Shown in pieces: positions 24,955 through 36,194 of a DNA stretch of 64,000 bases. Each line of letters begins with the position of its first letter. The first letter of the stretch is position 1. The stretch comes from Vicugna vicugna. Lineage: Eukaryota. Location: contig MU062119.1 of assembly GCA_013265495.1 (NCBI GenBank), positions 744,001-808,000 of the forward strand, given 5' to 3'. The notes under the pieces were generated by a model. The model had not been told where the DNA came from, did not search any database, and was given only the letters and a program-made list of their open reading frames with translations. The position numbers and the translations under genes were made by a program.

Positions 24955-25090
24955 TCAAAATATGTATTGAATTCATATGTTATTATATGAATACAATTGG
25001 ATATATATTCAGTTGAATCCAAAATGAATTGATGTGTATATAAGTAGAATTTACTTATATGTATACATATATTCCTATATATATTCTAAA
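24955..25090. repeat. AT-rich low-complexity tract
   Basis: direct reading. Confidence 0.75.
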
Positions 25091-27350
25091 AACACCTACT
25101 GTACCCTCAAAATTGGGCTAATTGCTCTCTGGAGTCTCCCTTTGGCATCGTGAACACCCTAACACCCCATTCTTACTCCCCTAGAATACACATTTTTTTG
25201 TATTTCTGTTTATGTCAGATTTTACTTTATTTTGTTTTTCAGATAGCTATGGGTGAGCCTGTTTGTCATTCTGAAGAAGATATTTAGGCTAAGATTTCAA
25301 TTTCAATAGAGATGGGAGAGCAAATGAATAGTGAATAAATCTAATTTAGGTAAATATTACTGGCAACTTTTTATAGTAATTACTCTTATGAATATTGGTT
25401 CTAAACAAATCCACTTGAATGTGTTATTGACGATTCCTCTTCCACAGGGAGCTAAGTGGGGAATTTGCTATCTAGGTAGAGTAGAAAGGAGATGGGTTTT
25501 AGCTTTGGGGCCACACTTATAAGTTACTGCTTCAGAGAAAACTTCCCACGTTCCACACGCAAGGTCGGGCTCTCTATTACATGAGAGGTGTATTGATTGA
25601 AATTGTGGCTCTATGAGTTGTCAAGTGCCACACAAATGCTAATAATTCTTATCTACTTTTAGGATATGAAATGAAATAAAAAAATGGTAAGATATGCTTT
25701 CACATATCTTCAGGTTAGGTCTAGTTTAATTTTAGTCTATGGAAAAGGGTGAATTTTTCTTTTCTTCTTCTTCCCACCATCCATGGCCAACCACAGAGGA
25801 CCTCATTAGTGACTCGGTTTGTACTTGCCACACCCCCAACTTGGCCCAAGAAGTGATAGGGTCTGAAAATACACACGGCCTTAGAACAACTCAGACATGA
25901 ATTTAGTGGCATTTAAAGGACAACAGCCAGGCAGACGTGCCCAGCCTCCCTGAAACTCTGCATGATCGCGTAAGAAATTAACAGGGGCAGATTTTGTTAA
26001 TGTCAGTCCTCCAGTTAAAAGGGGAGCAGAAGGCCACGCTCTCCCACATTCTTTGGTCTCTTGTTGTCAGCAAGACATTCTGGCTCAAGTTTTATTCAAT
26101 TTTCAAAAGATTTTTCTAAATACTTTAAGATGCTGCTTTTCCCTCTCTTTCTTTCCCAGGGATCATGGAGGGCGGTGTGGTTTCCTTGCCATGTGAACTC
26201 AAGTGAGTCATTTCTTGTCTCTGAAGCTGTTTCCTCATGTATAAAATGGGGCTCAGACTCTTTACCCTGCCTACCCCTGAAAGTTGTTTATGTAACAGAA
26301 AGAGCAAAGAGAGAGAAGATCCCATGAACTCTATGAAAATACAAGGGTCTTTTATCATCTGGGGTTTTGGGAGAGCGGGAGGGGATGGTATGTGCTGTCT
26401 TAGCAGATCAGCACCAACGTTTTCCAAATCAAGTTGACATGTACAAATTAATAGTCCCATCTTGACATGCTCACTGGACAAGAACAAACACAGACACCGA
26501 TGCGCCGGCTGACCCGCTCACCCCTGCCCCCTCTGGCTTCCTCCAAGTGCATATTTGTGGTTTCTGACAGCTTGCATTGAGAAGTGATCAGCCTTAATTT
26601 TCTTTCTTTCTTTCTTTTTTTCTTCATACAGCCATAGATTAACCTACATCCGTCATCCCGAATAAGATATAAAGGCTGAAATTTCAATTTTAATAGTGAC
26701 GGTGAGAGCAAATTAACATGGAATAAATCTGATTTAGCTACATATTCCTGGCAGTAATTTTATGAGGATCGTTCTCCTGAGTACGGAGTTCTAAAGAAGT
26801 TCACCCCGCAGCTTTGTTGGCGGTTCTCTTTCCCGCAGACAGCCAACCAGAGAGTTTTGCTCTGATCTTGGCACAGTCGAAAGGGGGTGATGGGTTTTAG
26901 TCCCCGGCAGTGCTGGCTTCTAATCTTGATCAAATTACTGATTTTCTACACATGTACTATAGCAGGGATACTTTTTCTGTCAAAAATTTCTAGCTGTATT
27001 TTCATGTCTTATAAATCTTGTTGCCTGCAGGCTTCCTCGTTCTGTGAAACAGTGAATTTCAGAGCTTTGAGGAGAAGCCTAGCACCTCTGTGAAACAACA
27101 GAGCTATTACGTGGTTTTGACAAACATTAGATATTTGAGTCCAAGCAAGTTAAAAGCCGAAAGCTGAGTTTTGTGGAGGAAGAATGCAGTAGATAGGGTT
27201 TGCCTTTGGTTGCAGGTTGTAGAAACCTGGTTATTAAGACTTAACCCAGAGGGTTTTATTATTTGTTTGTTTGTTTTTTGAGGTAACAACAAATCCAGAA
27301 GCAGGTAGTCCAGAGCTAGTGGGATGGCAACACAATGCTGTTTGGGACTC

Positions 27351-28210
27351 TGTGATGATTAGTTTGATGTGTCAGCTTGGAGAGGCCAAGTTATCCACTC
27401 AAACACTAATCTGGGACTAGGAAGATGTTGCCAGAGAAGAGGTTCTTGTCTCAAGCAGCAAAGAATTCAAGAGCAAGGCATAGTAAAGTGAAAGCAAGCT
27501 TTTTCAGGGAGATACACGCTCCATCGACAGAGTGAGGGCCATCTCAGAAGGCAAGAGAGAAAGCGACCATGAGGGGTTGTTAGTTTTGATGGGCTCTGTA
27601 ATTTCATATGCAGATGAATAGGAGGATTCCAACTACTTTGGGGAAGGGGCGGAGATTTCCAGGAATTAGAACCCCGCCCACTTTTCAGTCTTTTACTGTC
27701 TGCCTTGGAAATTGTCATGGCACCTGTGGGCGAGGCTCAAGGTCTACTGGAAGTTGAATCTTCCACCATCTTGGGTCTAACCAGTTTGTCCTGTCCTCAA
27801 TTGCTGTGTCATTCTTTCAGTGGATGTGCCCTGCCCCCTTCCCTCCTGTCTTAAAGGTATTTTATAGATGTGATTAAAGTCTATAATCAGGTTACTTGAG
27901 CTAAGGAAGATTATCCTAGATAATCTGGGTGGCCCTGATTCAATCCATAGAAAGACTTTAAGAGCAGGACTGAGGCTTCTTTGAAGAAAAAAGAATTTCA
28001 TCTGTGGATTTCAGTCTCCTTCTGTGCCCCAGAGTTCCAGCCGGCCCTTCCTGATAAGCTGCCTTAAAGGTTTCAGACTTGCCAAGACTAGACAGCCCCC
28101 ACAATTACATAAATCACTCCCCTGCTATCCAGCTCTCTCTGTCTCCCTGCCCCGGTCGCCCCTCTCCCCCAAACTGGTTCTGCTTCTCCAGTGGAACGAG
28201 GCCTGACACA
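27351..28210 (+). mobile_element. MLT2 (D-like) ERVL LTR, split by an ERV1-like LTR
   Basis: TGTGATGATTAGTTTGATGTGTCAGCTTGG start; resumes AAGGTATTTTATAGATGTGATTAA; ends CTGGTTCTGCTTCTCCAGTGGAAC...GACACA; 5-bp TSD GACTC/GACCC. Confidence 0.85.
27426..27853 (-). mobile_element. ERV1-like solo LTR nested in MLT2
   Basis: TGTTGCCAGAG start, CAAGAGCAAGGCATAGTAAAGTGAAAGCAAG, CCACCATCTTGG, ends CCCTCCTGTCTTA; flanks AAGA/AAGG. Confidence 0.75.
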
Positions 28211-30638
28211 GACCCAGACACCTGCCTCCTTTCTCTGGGAACATCTTCATTGCTTGCAAGCTGGTCACTGCCCTGCTAGGCATCCTGCCTGCATGCCTGG
28301 CAGGAAGAAGGGGAAAAGAAAAGGGCTGAAACCAAAAACATACACCAGTCAAACCTGTTCTTTTTTAAAAGAGGAAAACCCTGCACAGCACCTGCCTTCC
28401 ACACGTAGCTCATTGGCGAGGACTTGGTCACGTGGCAGCTGTAGGAACCTCTGTGTCTGGGGAGGAGAGCGCTTTTAACCGGGCACACTGTGGCCCTGAA
28501 TCCCCTGAAAACAGGGGATGTATACTAAGGAAGAAAAGGGGAATAGATGTTGGGCTGGTGACTACAGAGAAGACTTTCTAAATTCCTTTATCACAGGAAG
28601 AATAAAACCCGAACATCTTAGATCACAGTTTCCTCTGTAATTGTGGAAAGGCCGCTCCTTCCACCTGCGGGACCAGGCCCTGAGGCTTGCTGCCGCGACA
28701 GAGAAGAAAGCACGTGCAACAAATGAGAGCCCTGAGGCCGTTGCCTTCCAGCTGCAAACACTGTGGGAAAGAGACAAACAGGAGAGGCAGGCATGTTGTG
28801 CCCTCTCTGCCTCTCCGCCCAGAGCGGGGGAGGGCCGTAGGTGTTAGGTGAGTGGTATGGGGGAAAGAGGCACTCACCTTGGCCTTATAATTAGGACTCT
28901 GAAAGGAGGTACAGAGGCAAACTCATCAGTACAGAACAGAGAGACAGAGGGAGACCCAGAACCAGGCTTTTCCAAGCCACCTGTCTTTCCTATGTGTTAC
29001 GATCAGGGGACCCAAATTTCCCACACGCCCCGGGAAGGCATGGAAAGTCACTGAGTTGAGAGGCAGCAAGCTTGCCGCAGGGCCTGCTGTAGCAAGTGCA
29101 GAGAGCCAGGAGCAGGATGCAGCCCGTGGCCGGGACTGGAGGTGAGGCATCCACAGAACCAGAGGTGTCGAAGAAAAGGCTGAGTTGTTAGTAAGTCCCC
29201 CAGGCCACTCAGAAGCTGAGTGCGGAAGGGGTGGGGTTGAGGTGGGGTGGGGAGAAAAAGAGAGAGAGAGATCTTGAGTTGCCTAGTGCCCCCTTCAGAA
29301 GCAGAGCACACAGGGCAATGCCCACACACAGGAGTAGTTGCCAGAAGTGATAGCAGTGGCCACTCCAGGGAGCAACTCCAAATGGCCCCTCTGCAGAAGA
29401 GGCCAGCGATGGTCTGAGGGGCCCCAGGGGCACAGCCTTCATCTCTGCTCTGCTGCCTTAGGACCTCCCCCTAGGTGGTACCCTAGGCCAGAGCAGGACA
29501 GGGCAAATGCCAGTGACTGGGCCAACTGCACCTAAAGAAAGCTACGCGGTACCCAGAAAGGACTGCTAGATTCTTGCATTAGGATGTAAGCGTAGCAGAC
29601 TGGAGTAGAACGTAGTTTCCCCGCCCTGCAACTGCCCAGGAGACGGAGGCTCATTCATGGTTAAACTCATGAGAGTTAAGGAGAAAATGTACTATATTCC
29701 TTTGCACGTTAGAATCTGTGTGTAATTTTGCATCCCCTCAAACCCATGTGAAATGAAGACAACAGTACTTAACTCTTGAGCTGGTTGGGAGAATAAAACT
29801 GAAATCTCGCGCCCTCTGTAAAGGTGCAGATGAGTCAGGTGTGATTGATAGGGTAGCTTGATTTCAGTCACCTGCGCTGACTGGCGAGCAGGCGCCCCAC
29901 AAAGCAAGGCTTCCTGCCGCCCTCGGGATGGTGAGGTAAGGAAGGTGTCTCGGAGCACATCTCACCCCGACCGGATTGTCACATTTTCTACCCTAATCCC
30001 CCCCACCCCCCATCACCCATACCTCCTCCTGTAGCACCTCATTTCTTTTCCTTCATGGCGTATCACAATACTGTTGATGCATTTTTATTTGTTTATTGTA
30101 CATCTCTAGAAGAGCAAGGGCCATATCGCATTTCCTTTAAGCTCAGGTACACGGTAGGCATGTATTAATTCAGTAATTAATTAACAATGCCGTTGTTTTC
30201 TTGGGGCCCTGAAACTCAGCTTCCATACCCTTAACAGTCTATGTGGGTGCACTTTCGTCAAAGAGAAACATAGTTTATAGAACATGTTTCTCTTTGTGAT
30301 CACTATCCATTAACAGAATTTGCTAATTTTAACTTACCTTTTAAGCCCAACAAATTCTTAGCATTTTAATCAACACCAACTTTAAAGTATTTATGAATCA
30401 AGATCCAAATATATGATCTATTTAGTTTTATAATACAATGCCTATATTTTCATATAAAAAAAACCCCCACCTTCAAAATTCCATATCCTAATTTTGCTTT
30501 CATTGTGATATATTTTCCAGATTCTTTCTTTACTCTTAGGGTTTTAGGGGAATTAAACTTTCCTCCCAACTAGGACCCATGGTGCTTGTAGGAAAGAAGT
30601 TTCAGAATGGCTTTCCAGAATGTTTCCTCCAAAGAATA

Positions 30639-30662
30639 TGTGTGTGTGTGTGTGTGTGTGTG
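30639..30662. repeat. (TG)12 microsatellite
   Basis: direct reading. Confidence 0.97.
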
Positions 30663-31259
30663 TTACATACATAAACACTCATATCCATACATTTAGACAT
30701 ATGTTTTATATACATATACACTGATGTCTATATTTACCCCACACACAAACACAAAGAGTACATATATTTGAAGCACAGTGTTTTGTGAATAATATAGAAT
30801 CATAAAAGTCAAAGCCAGAAGGTTCCTAAAGACTAACACTCCAATTCCCTTTTTTAGAGCTGAAGAAACTAAAATCCAGAGAGGTCAAGGGACTTTTCAA
30901 AGATCAGACAGTCCGTGGATGCCAGAGCTGTGCTTTGCATACCAAGCTCTTGACTTTGAGTTGAGAGCCCTTTCCAGAACCCAGTCTGCCTTCCTTCAGT
31001 AAATGTGTCTTCTGTCTGGCTGGGAATTAGGTCCTGTGACCAGCCTAGACACACACCACTCTATGGAGAATCATGGCAAAAAGACCCAATTTCTTGAACC
31101 CTATCAACAAGAGAGCTCATTTAGCACCTCCTCTGTTTACAGGAAACTTTTGACATGCTCTCTTCTAAGCTTCATTATTATCATGACAGGAAATTGGAAA
31201 GGTTCTCATGCCAAAACAGCAGTGCTGAAATGATAAAACCAAACAGAGCTGCTAATGGA

Positions 31260-31450
31260 GGGTATCTGTGGGAGGGAAGGGGAGAGAAAGAGGGAGGGGA
31301 GTGGGGAGGGGAGGACAGGCATCATGATGGAGAAATGGGAAGACAGAGATGACAAGAGGGGAGCACACGGGGGTACTGACATAGGGAAGATCTATAAAGA
31401 CAGAGAAGAGGAGGAATGGGGGGAAGGAAGAGAGACGGGTAGGTGAAGGC
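31260..31450 (+). repeat. GA-rich low-complexity tract
   Basis: direct reading. Confidence 0.85.
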
Positions 31451-32066
31451 AGAGACACACAGGATATCCAAAAGCTAGAAGACTTTAGAACAAGCTTATT
31501 TTTAAATGTCAGTTACTTTTTCAAGTAATATGTTCATTATATGTTTCTCCAACCTCCAGACACCTATGCAGTTGAAATATCTCCCTATTTAAAGCATTTG
31601 GTCCAATTGTTAATCTAAAAAGTTCAAATGAAGACACGATTTTCCTCATATTTTCAGACTTTTTGTAGTATATTGGCCCCCTGGAAAGAGAGATAGAAGA
31701 GAGGAGAGTGGAAGGGAGGGGAGACCAGCAGGAAAGCCAAGAAGCAAGAGAGAGAGGCAGATTCAGAAACTTAGATAAAGCAGACTCCACAAAGAGCTAG
31801 GACTAGATGTGTGCAGTGAAGACCTGCACCTTGACCCCAGAAGTGAGGGATGCTGGGGGCCGTGGATGGGGAACCCTAGAGAATCAATGGCCAAATGTCT
31901 TCCCTGGGTGAGGGGTTTTGAGTGGAGGTCGATTTGGATTGCAGGGTGGTTCTCTCTTAAAGACCAAATTGGAGGGTTTCTTTCTAATACATGAATCTGA
32001 AGAAAGGATGGGGAATCACTTTTTTTCCTAACTGGATTGTTTATATAATACTGCAAGCTTGGGAGA

Positions 32067-32466
32067 TGTTATGACCTGAATTTTGACCCCTAAAACTCAT
32101 ACGCTGAAGCCCNNNNNNNNNNNNNNNNNNNNNNNNNNNNNNNNNNNNNNNNNNNNNNNNNNNNNNNNNNNNNNNNNNNNNNNNNNNNNNNNNNNNNNNN
32201 NNNNNNNNNNNNNNNNNNNNNNNNNNNNNNNNNNNNNNNNNNNNNNNNNNNNNNNNNNNNNNNNNNNNNNNNNNNNNNNNNNTCTTTTAGGACAAAGCAA
32301 GAAGGCGGTCATCAGCAAGCCAGGAAGAGATTGTCACCAGAAACCAAATCTGCCCACGTCTTGATCTGGGACTTCTAGCCTCTAGAACTCTGAGAAAATA
32401 AATTTCTATCATTTAGGCCACCCTGTCTACGGCATTTTGTTATGGCAGTCCAATCTGACTAATCCA
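32067..32466 (+). mobile_element. MLT1A0-like solo LTR spanning a gap
   Basis: TGTTATGACCTGAATTTTGACCCCTAAAACTCAT ... GCAAGCCAGGAAGAG...CTTGATCTGGGACTTCTAGCCTCTAGAACTCTGAGAAAATAAATTTCT...TTTTGTTATGGCAG; TSD GGAGA/GGAGG. Confidence 0.9.
32113..32282. other. assembly gap (170 N) inside an MLT1A LTR
   Basis: run of N. Confidence 0.99.
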
Positions 32467-32614
32467 GGAGGGATGGAGTTTAATTACATTTTGTCAAATA
32501 CCTTTATGCATAGGCATTGAAATTTATCCCTCAGCCTGGCAAACAGTAGTTCTCAGTAAATGTGTATTTGAAGAAGTCCAATAGGTAGGTAATTTTACCA
32601 GTTCACAGGAAGCT

Positions 32615-32657
32615 ATTATTTTTTATTTTGGTCGGGGGGGAGTAGGTAATTAGGTTT
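32615..32657 (-). mobile_element. tail-only (5'-truncated) Vic-1-like fragment
   Basis: TTTTATTTTGGTCGGGGGGGAGTAGGTAATTAGGTTTA matches the GGGGGAGGTAATTAG tail of the copies at 19.1 and 22.5 kb; no head. Confidence 0.55.
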
Positions 32658-32739
32658 ACACGAAGCTAATGATCATGTCATAGCAGCCACTTTAACATAT
32701 GAGATAATAATACATTATGCAAATGTTAGTTGTTTTTGC

Positions 32740-32900
32740 ATTTGACCTTCCCAGCAACTCAAGACACAGCTGTGACTATCACGCTCACTTTACAGATGGG
32801 AAAATGCTCTCACCCCTTTAGAGCTTCAGTTTCCTCAAGGCCCCTCATCCGCTGTGTCAGGGCCGTACTCAAACCCCTACCTTCTTCTGACTCCTTCCAC
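32740..32900 (-). mobile_element. MIR
   Basis: CACTTTACAGATGGGAAAA...GGGCCGTACTCAAACCC. Confidence 0.6.
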
Positions 32901-33489
32901 TGCTCTCTTCAGCCAGAAATGCTTCTTCTCTGGGAAGAAGTTAGAACTCACTTGTCGGCATTACTGCTCTTTTGAACCTATCTGAAAACTGAAGTGTGTT
33001 CCTTCAGAGCCCAATGTGATCATAGCCAGGAATTTTTGGCAAAGATTTTTCTCATCACAATATGTTCTAGTTGACTAATGGGGTTGAAGGAGATGGCGAA
33101 GCATGACATCCATCCATAATGCATGGAGGGTGGGTCAGGGGAGCGAGGGGAAGGGGAGCGAAGCCGCTTTGGAAATGGGGACACCACGTGAACCGTTGGA
33201 ACTTACATTAAACAGAGAGGAGGAATGTCGAAGTCCTGGAACTTGAGCGAAATCCAATACTGGAGCTTCAAGGCAGAATCATTTAGAAGTTCAGCGCTCA
33301 GAAAATAGAAAATGACATCTTATATGGGAAAATGTCTCTGACGTGGACAATAAAATAAAATTAACCTGCACTGCATGCTGGGAATGCAGAGTTTAAAAAA
33401 AAGGGAATTTTGGCAACGATTAGTGACTTAGCTTTATGCAAAGGAAAAAAAGTTGAGCACAAAATGATAGAAATTCTTTTCTCTTTCAC

Positions 33490-33704
33490 TGCTGAGTGGA
33501 CAGTTTCAAGATGCATGCATTAAGCACCTGTCTACTCTAGCTGTGGCCAAATCAGCAGTGCAAATTTGTATGGGCTTTCTCCCCTTCTTCCGTCTTGCTT
33601 TGTTTTCCTCCTGTCCCTCATCCCTCCTTCCTGGGATTACTTGCTAAATAAACTACCTGCACTTTGTGTTGAGTTCTGTCTTTGGGGGAAACCAGTCTAA
33701 GAGA
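33490..33704 (+). mobile_element. LTR16-type 5' LTR (3' half) of an ERVL remnant
   Basis: CCTGGGATTACTTGCTAAATAAACTACCTGCAC...TCTGTCTTTGGGGGAAACCAGTCTAAGAGA. Confidence 0.7.
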
Positions 33705-34319
33705 GTTTGTTATGAAAAAAGCCCCAGAATGTAAACCTTCAGGATGAGATTTGTGGTCTTGATCGGTAGGATGAGCTGGATTAAAGGTCTAGTTCCTAAG
33801 AAGGGAACTGCTACCAGGAGACTCAGTGAAATTTCCGCTGAACTTCAAACGGCATTTCCACCTGGCCATTCTGGTCTTCTCTGTCATTGGGCCAACAAGC
33901 AAAGAAGGAAGTTGCTGAACTGGTGGGGGTGATGGACCCTGACTACCGTGAGGAACAAGGGTTGCCACTGCAGAATGGAGGCAGGGCCAGGTAGAAATTC
34001 AAGGGATTCGTCTTCCATCTATGTGAGAATGGGGAACCGACAGCTGAAACAACCATGCCCAGGAGCAGCCAGGGACGTGGGTACCCTTAGGGATGACATC
34101 CTGGGGCAGTTCACCAGGAAATAGCCTAGACTGGCTCAAGTACTGGCTGGGAGTGAGGGCAGTCAGTAGAAGGGGGAGATGATGAGTACTAAATAAGGTG
34201 TGGACGGCCGTGACTGTGAGGACCTACCTTGTTTCACTTGCAGGATGGCTAGCCACCTCCCTGAAGGGGATGAACTGCATGGGAGGCAGGAGCAACTCTG
34301 GCTGATGCCAAGGATGGAC
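33705..34319 (+). mobile_element. ERVL (ERV3-16A3-like) internal remnant, heavily deleted
   Basis: Leader-like ACCTTCAGGATGAGATT; 3' internal GACCCTGACTACCGTGAGGAACAAGGGTTGCCACTGCAGAATGGAGGCAGGG and CCCTTAGGGATGACATCCTGGG; purine tract GCCAAGGATGGAC before the 3' LTR. Confidence 0.7.
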
Positions 34320-34757
34320 TGTATCAGGTGCCTCTTGTGAGCCACTTCAAACCCTCTCAGCAGCCCTTCTTATTCAGCTGCTGCCGAGACAGCCAGTCCA
34401 GTCGATAGGGAACAGTATTATGCTAACTGACAAAGCCAGAAAAGGTCATTAGTTCCCATGGAACAGTGGGGGTTGACAACCAGTGAATAAATTCTTCCTC
34501 CACTCATCTTCTGGGAAAACAGTTCTGCAATGCTTTCTAGAAGGCTCCTTAGGAGTCCTGGCAGGATCAACATCACTCTTCCATAGTGGTGACCAGATCA
34601 ATGATGATACATCCTCACGTTGGTCTACTTCCCTTCTCTCTGTGTGTTTCATTTACCCTGCTCCTAACACCTGCTTCCAAGAATCACTTCCCAAATGAAC
34701 TATCTGCACACTAGCCTTTGTCTTAGTATCTGCTTTGGGGGGAGTTCTGGCTAAGAT
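34320..34757 (+). mobile_element. LTR16-type 3' LTR
   Basis: Starts TGTATC after the purine tract; ends GAATCACTTCCCAAATGAACTATCTGCAC...TGTCTTAGTATCTGCTTTGGGGGG...CTAAGAT. Confidence 0.75.
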
Positions 34758-35179
34758 TATGCAATTTTGAAATTGTCTTCTAATGGTACCAGGTAATTTG
34801 TCTTAGCAACACTGTCTTAAGTAAATCATATATTATTAGATTTTTATTTATTTGTTTTGGTGAATTGAAGACTGCCCATCTTTTAATCATGGGACTTTGA
34901 ATTATTCACAGGATTTATTGTACTTATGGTTTTCAAACAATTTTTGTAATTATTTTCTGTTGTCTGTTCTCACCAGAATTTTGCCTCCGATGTCTGGTTC
35001 TCAGAATGATGATATATGGGGATCCTCAAAAGGGATGCTAGTCAAATGGCTAATGACAAGGTGGGTGAGGAATCTTTCATAATCTTTTATGTTTGCTACA
35101 GGGTTTTTTTCCGCTAGTTTGCTGCTTATTTTCTGAATTTCTGTTTTTTAAAAATATTATTGGTTTTGTATTCTATTGT

Positions 35180-35535
35180 TTAATAAGAGGCGATGGTTAA
35201 GGAGATTAAACTTCTGTATTAAAAAAATAATACTAGCTCGTAAAACTAGAATTATAACTAGAAACATACATTTATGTTATAACATTAAATGAAGAAAGAG
35301 GGTATAGGACCGTATTATATTGAATACAATACCTATGGTAAAAGGCTGACAGTGATACTTCTGAGGTAGTGGAGATACAGTTTTCTAGTCTTGGACGAAA
35401 TATGGGAGTGAAAATGATAGTCTAGGGAATTTCAAGGTAGTGTGATAGAATTCAAAGACAAAAATGTTTTTTAATTCGTATCTAATGCTGTTACATTCTT
35501 TACAAATATTTTTAAAAATAAATAAAAGTTAAACA
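35180..35535 (+). mobile_element. old L1 3'-end fragment
   Basis: A-rich, GGCTGACAGTGATACTTCTGAGG...GTTTTCTAGTCTTGG, ending AAAAATAAATAAAAG; heavily decayed. Confidence 0.4.
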
Positions 35536-35843
35536 TGCAATTTGGGGTGTCAAGTAAACTGATGTGATTCAGATCTCAGAGCACCTGTCCTTTCCATGCA
35601 GTTGGTAACACACAGGGCTTTGTTCCTTCATTTGAGAAAGTCACACTTTATTAATAATAACAACTCAGTCTCTTGAGGGATGGCCAAGCAAAGGCACGGT
35701 GCTTTGGAATGCTGGGCTCTGCCCCTGCTTTCAGGATATTTGGAGAACATTTCCCTGGAAGCTAAAGGAACAGGGAATTTGCTTTCTTTCAGTGGCCTCC
35801 TCAAACACATGTAAGTTACTGGAGCTTAAAGACTTACATTCGT

Positions 35844-35983
35844 NNNNNNNNNNNNNNNNNNNNNNNNNNNNNNNNNNNNNNNNNNNNNNNNNNNNNNNNN
35901 NNNNNNNNNNNNNNNNNNNNNNNNNNNNNNNNNNNNNNNNNNNNNNNNNNNNNNNNNNNNNNNNNNNNNNNNNNNNNNNNNNN
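35844..35983. other. assembly gap (140 N)
   Basis: run of N. Confidence 0.99.
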
Positions 35984-36194
35984 TGCCTGCATGGGGTCAG
36001 CTCCAGGAAAGCTCAATGGGATTGTAATGGGGGAAGGGCTGGGGCCAGAACAGCGACAGATGGGAGCAACAGACAGCAGTTTGGGCTAAAGCAGATTTCC
36101 CAATTCCGCCCCTCCATGTTAGACATCATGTGTAATAGTGATGACAACTTGGACTTGGGTTCTTCCAGCTACCTTGGAAGTAGAGTCACTTAGC

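Larger units (their letters stand above)
27187..28575 (-). mobile_element. MLT1J/K-type LTR split by MLT2 (own parts 27187-27350 and 28211-28575)
   Basis: TTTGGTTGCAGGTTGTAGAAACC ... AACAAATCCAGAAGCAGGTAGTCCAGAGCT...GGGACTC | GACCCAGACACC ... GGCAGGAAGAAGGGGAAAAG ... CTCATTGGCGAGGACTTGGTCACGTGG. Confidence 0.75.

Noticed and set aside
35699-36193. 164-aa ORF
   Set aside because: Spans an N gap; starts at a non-ATG codon; nothing recognisable
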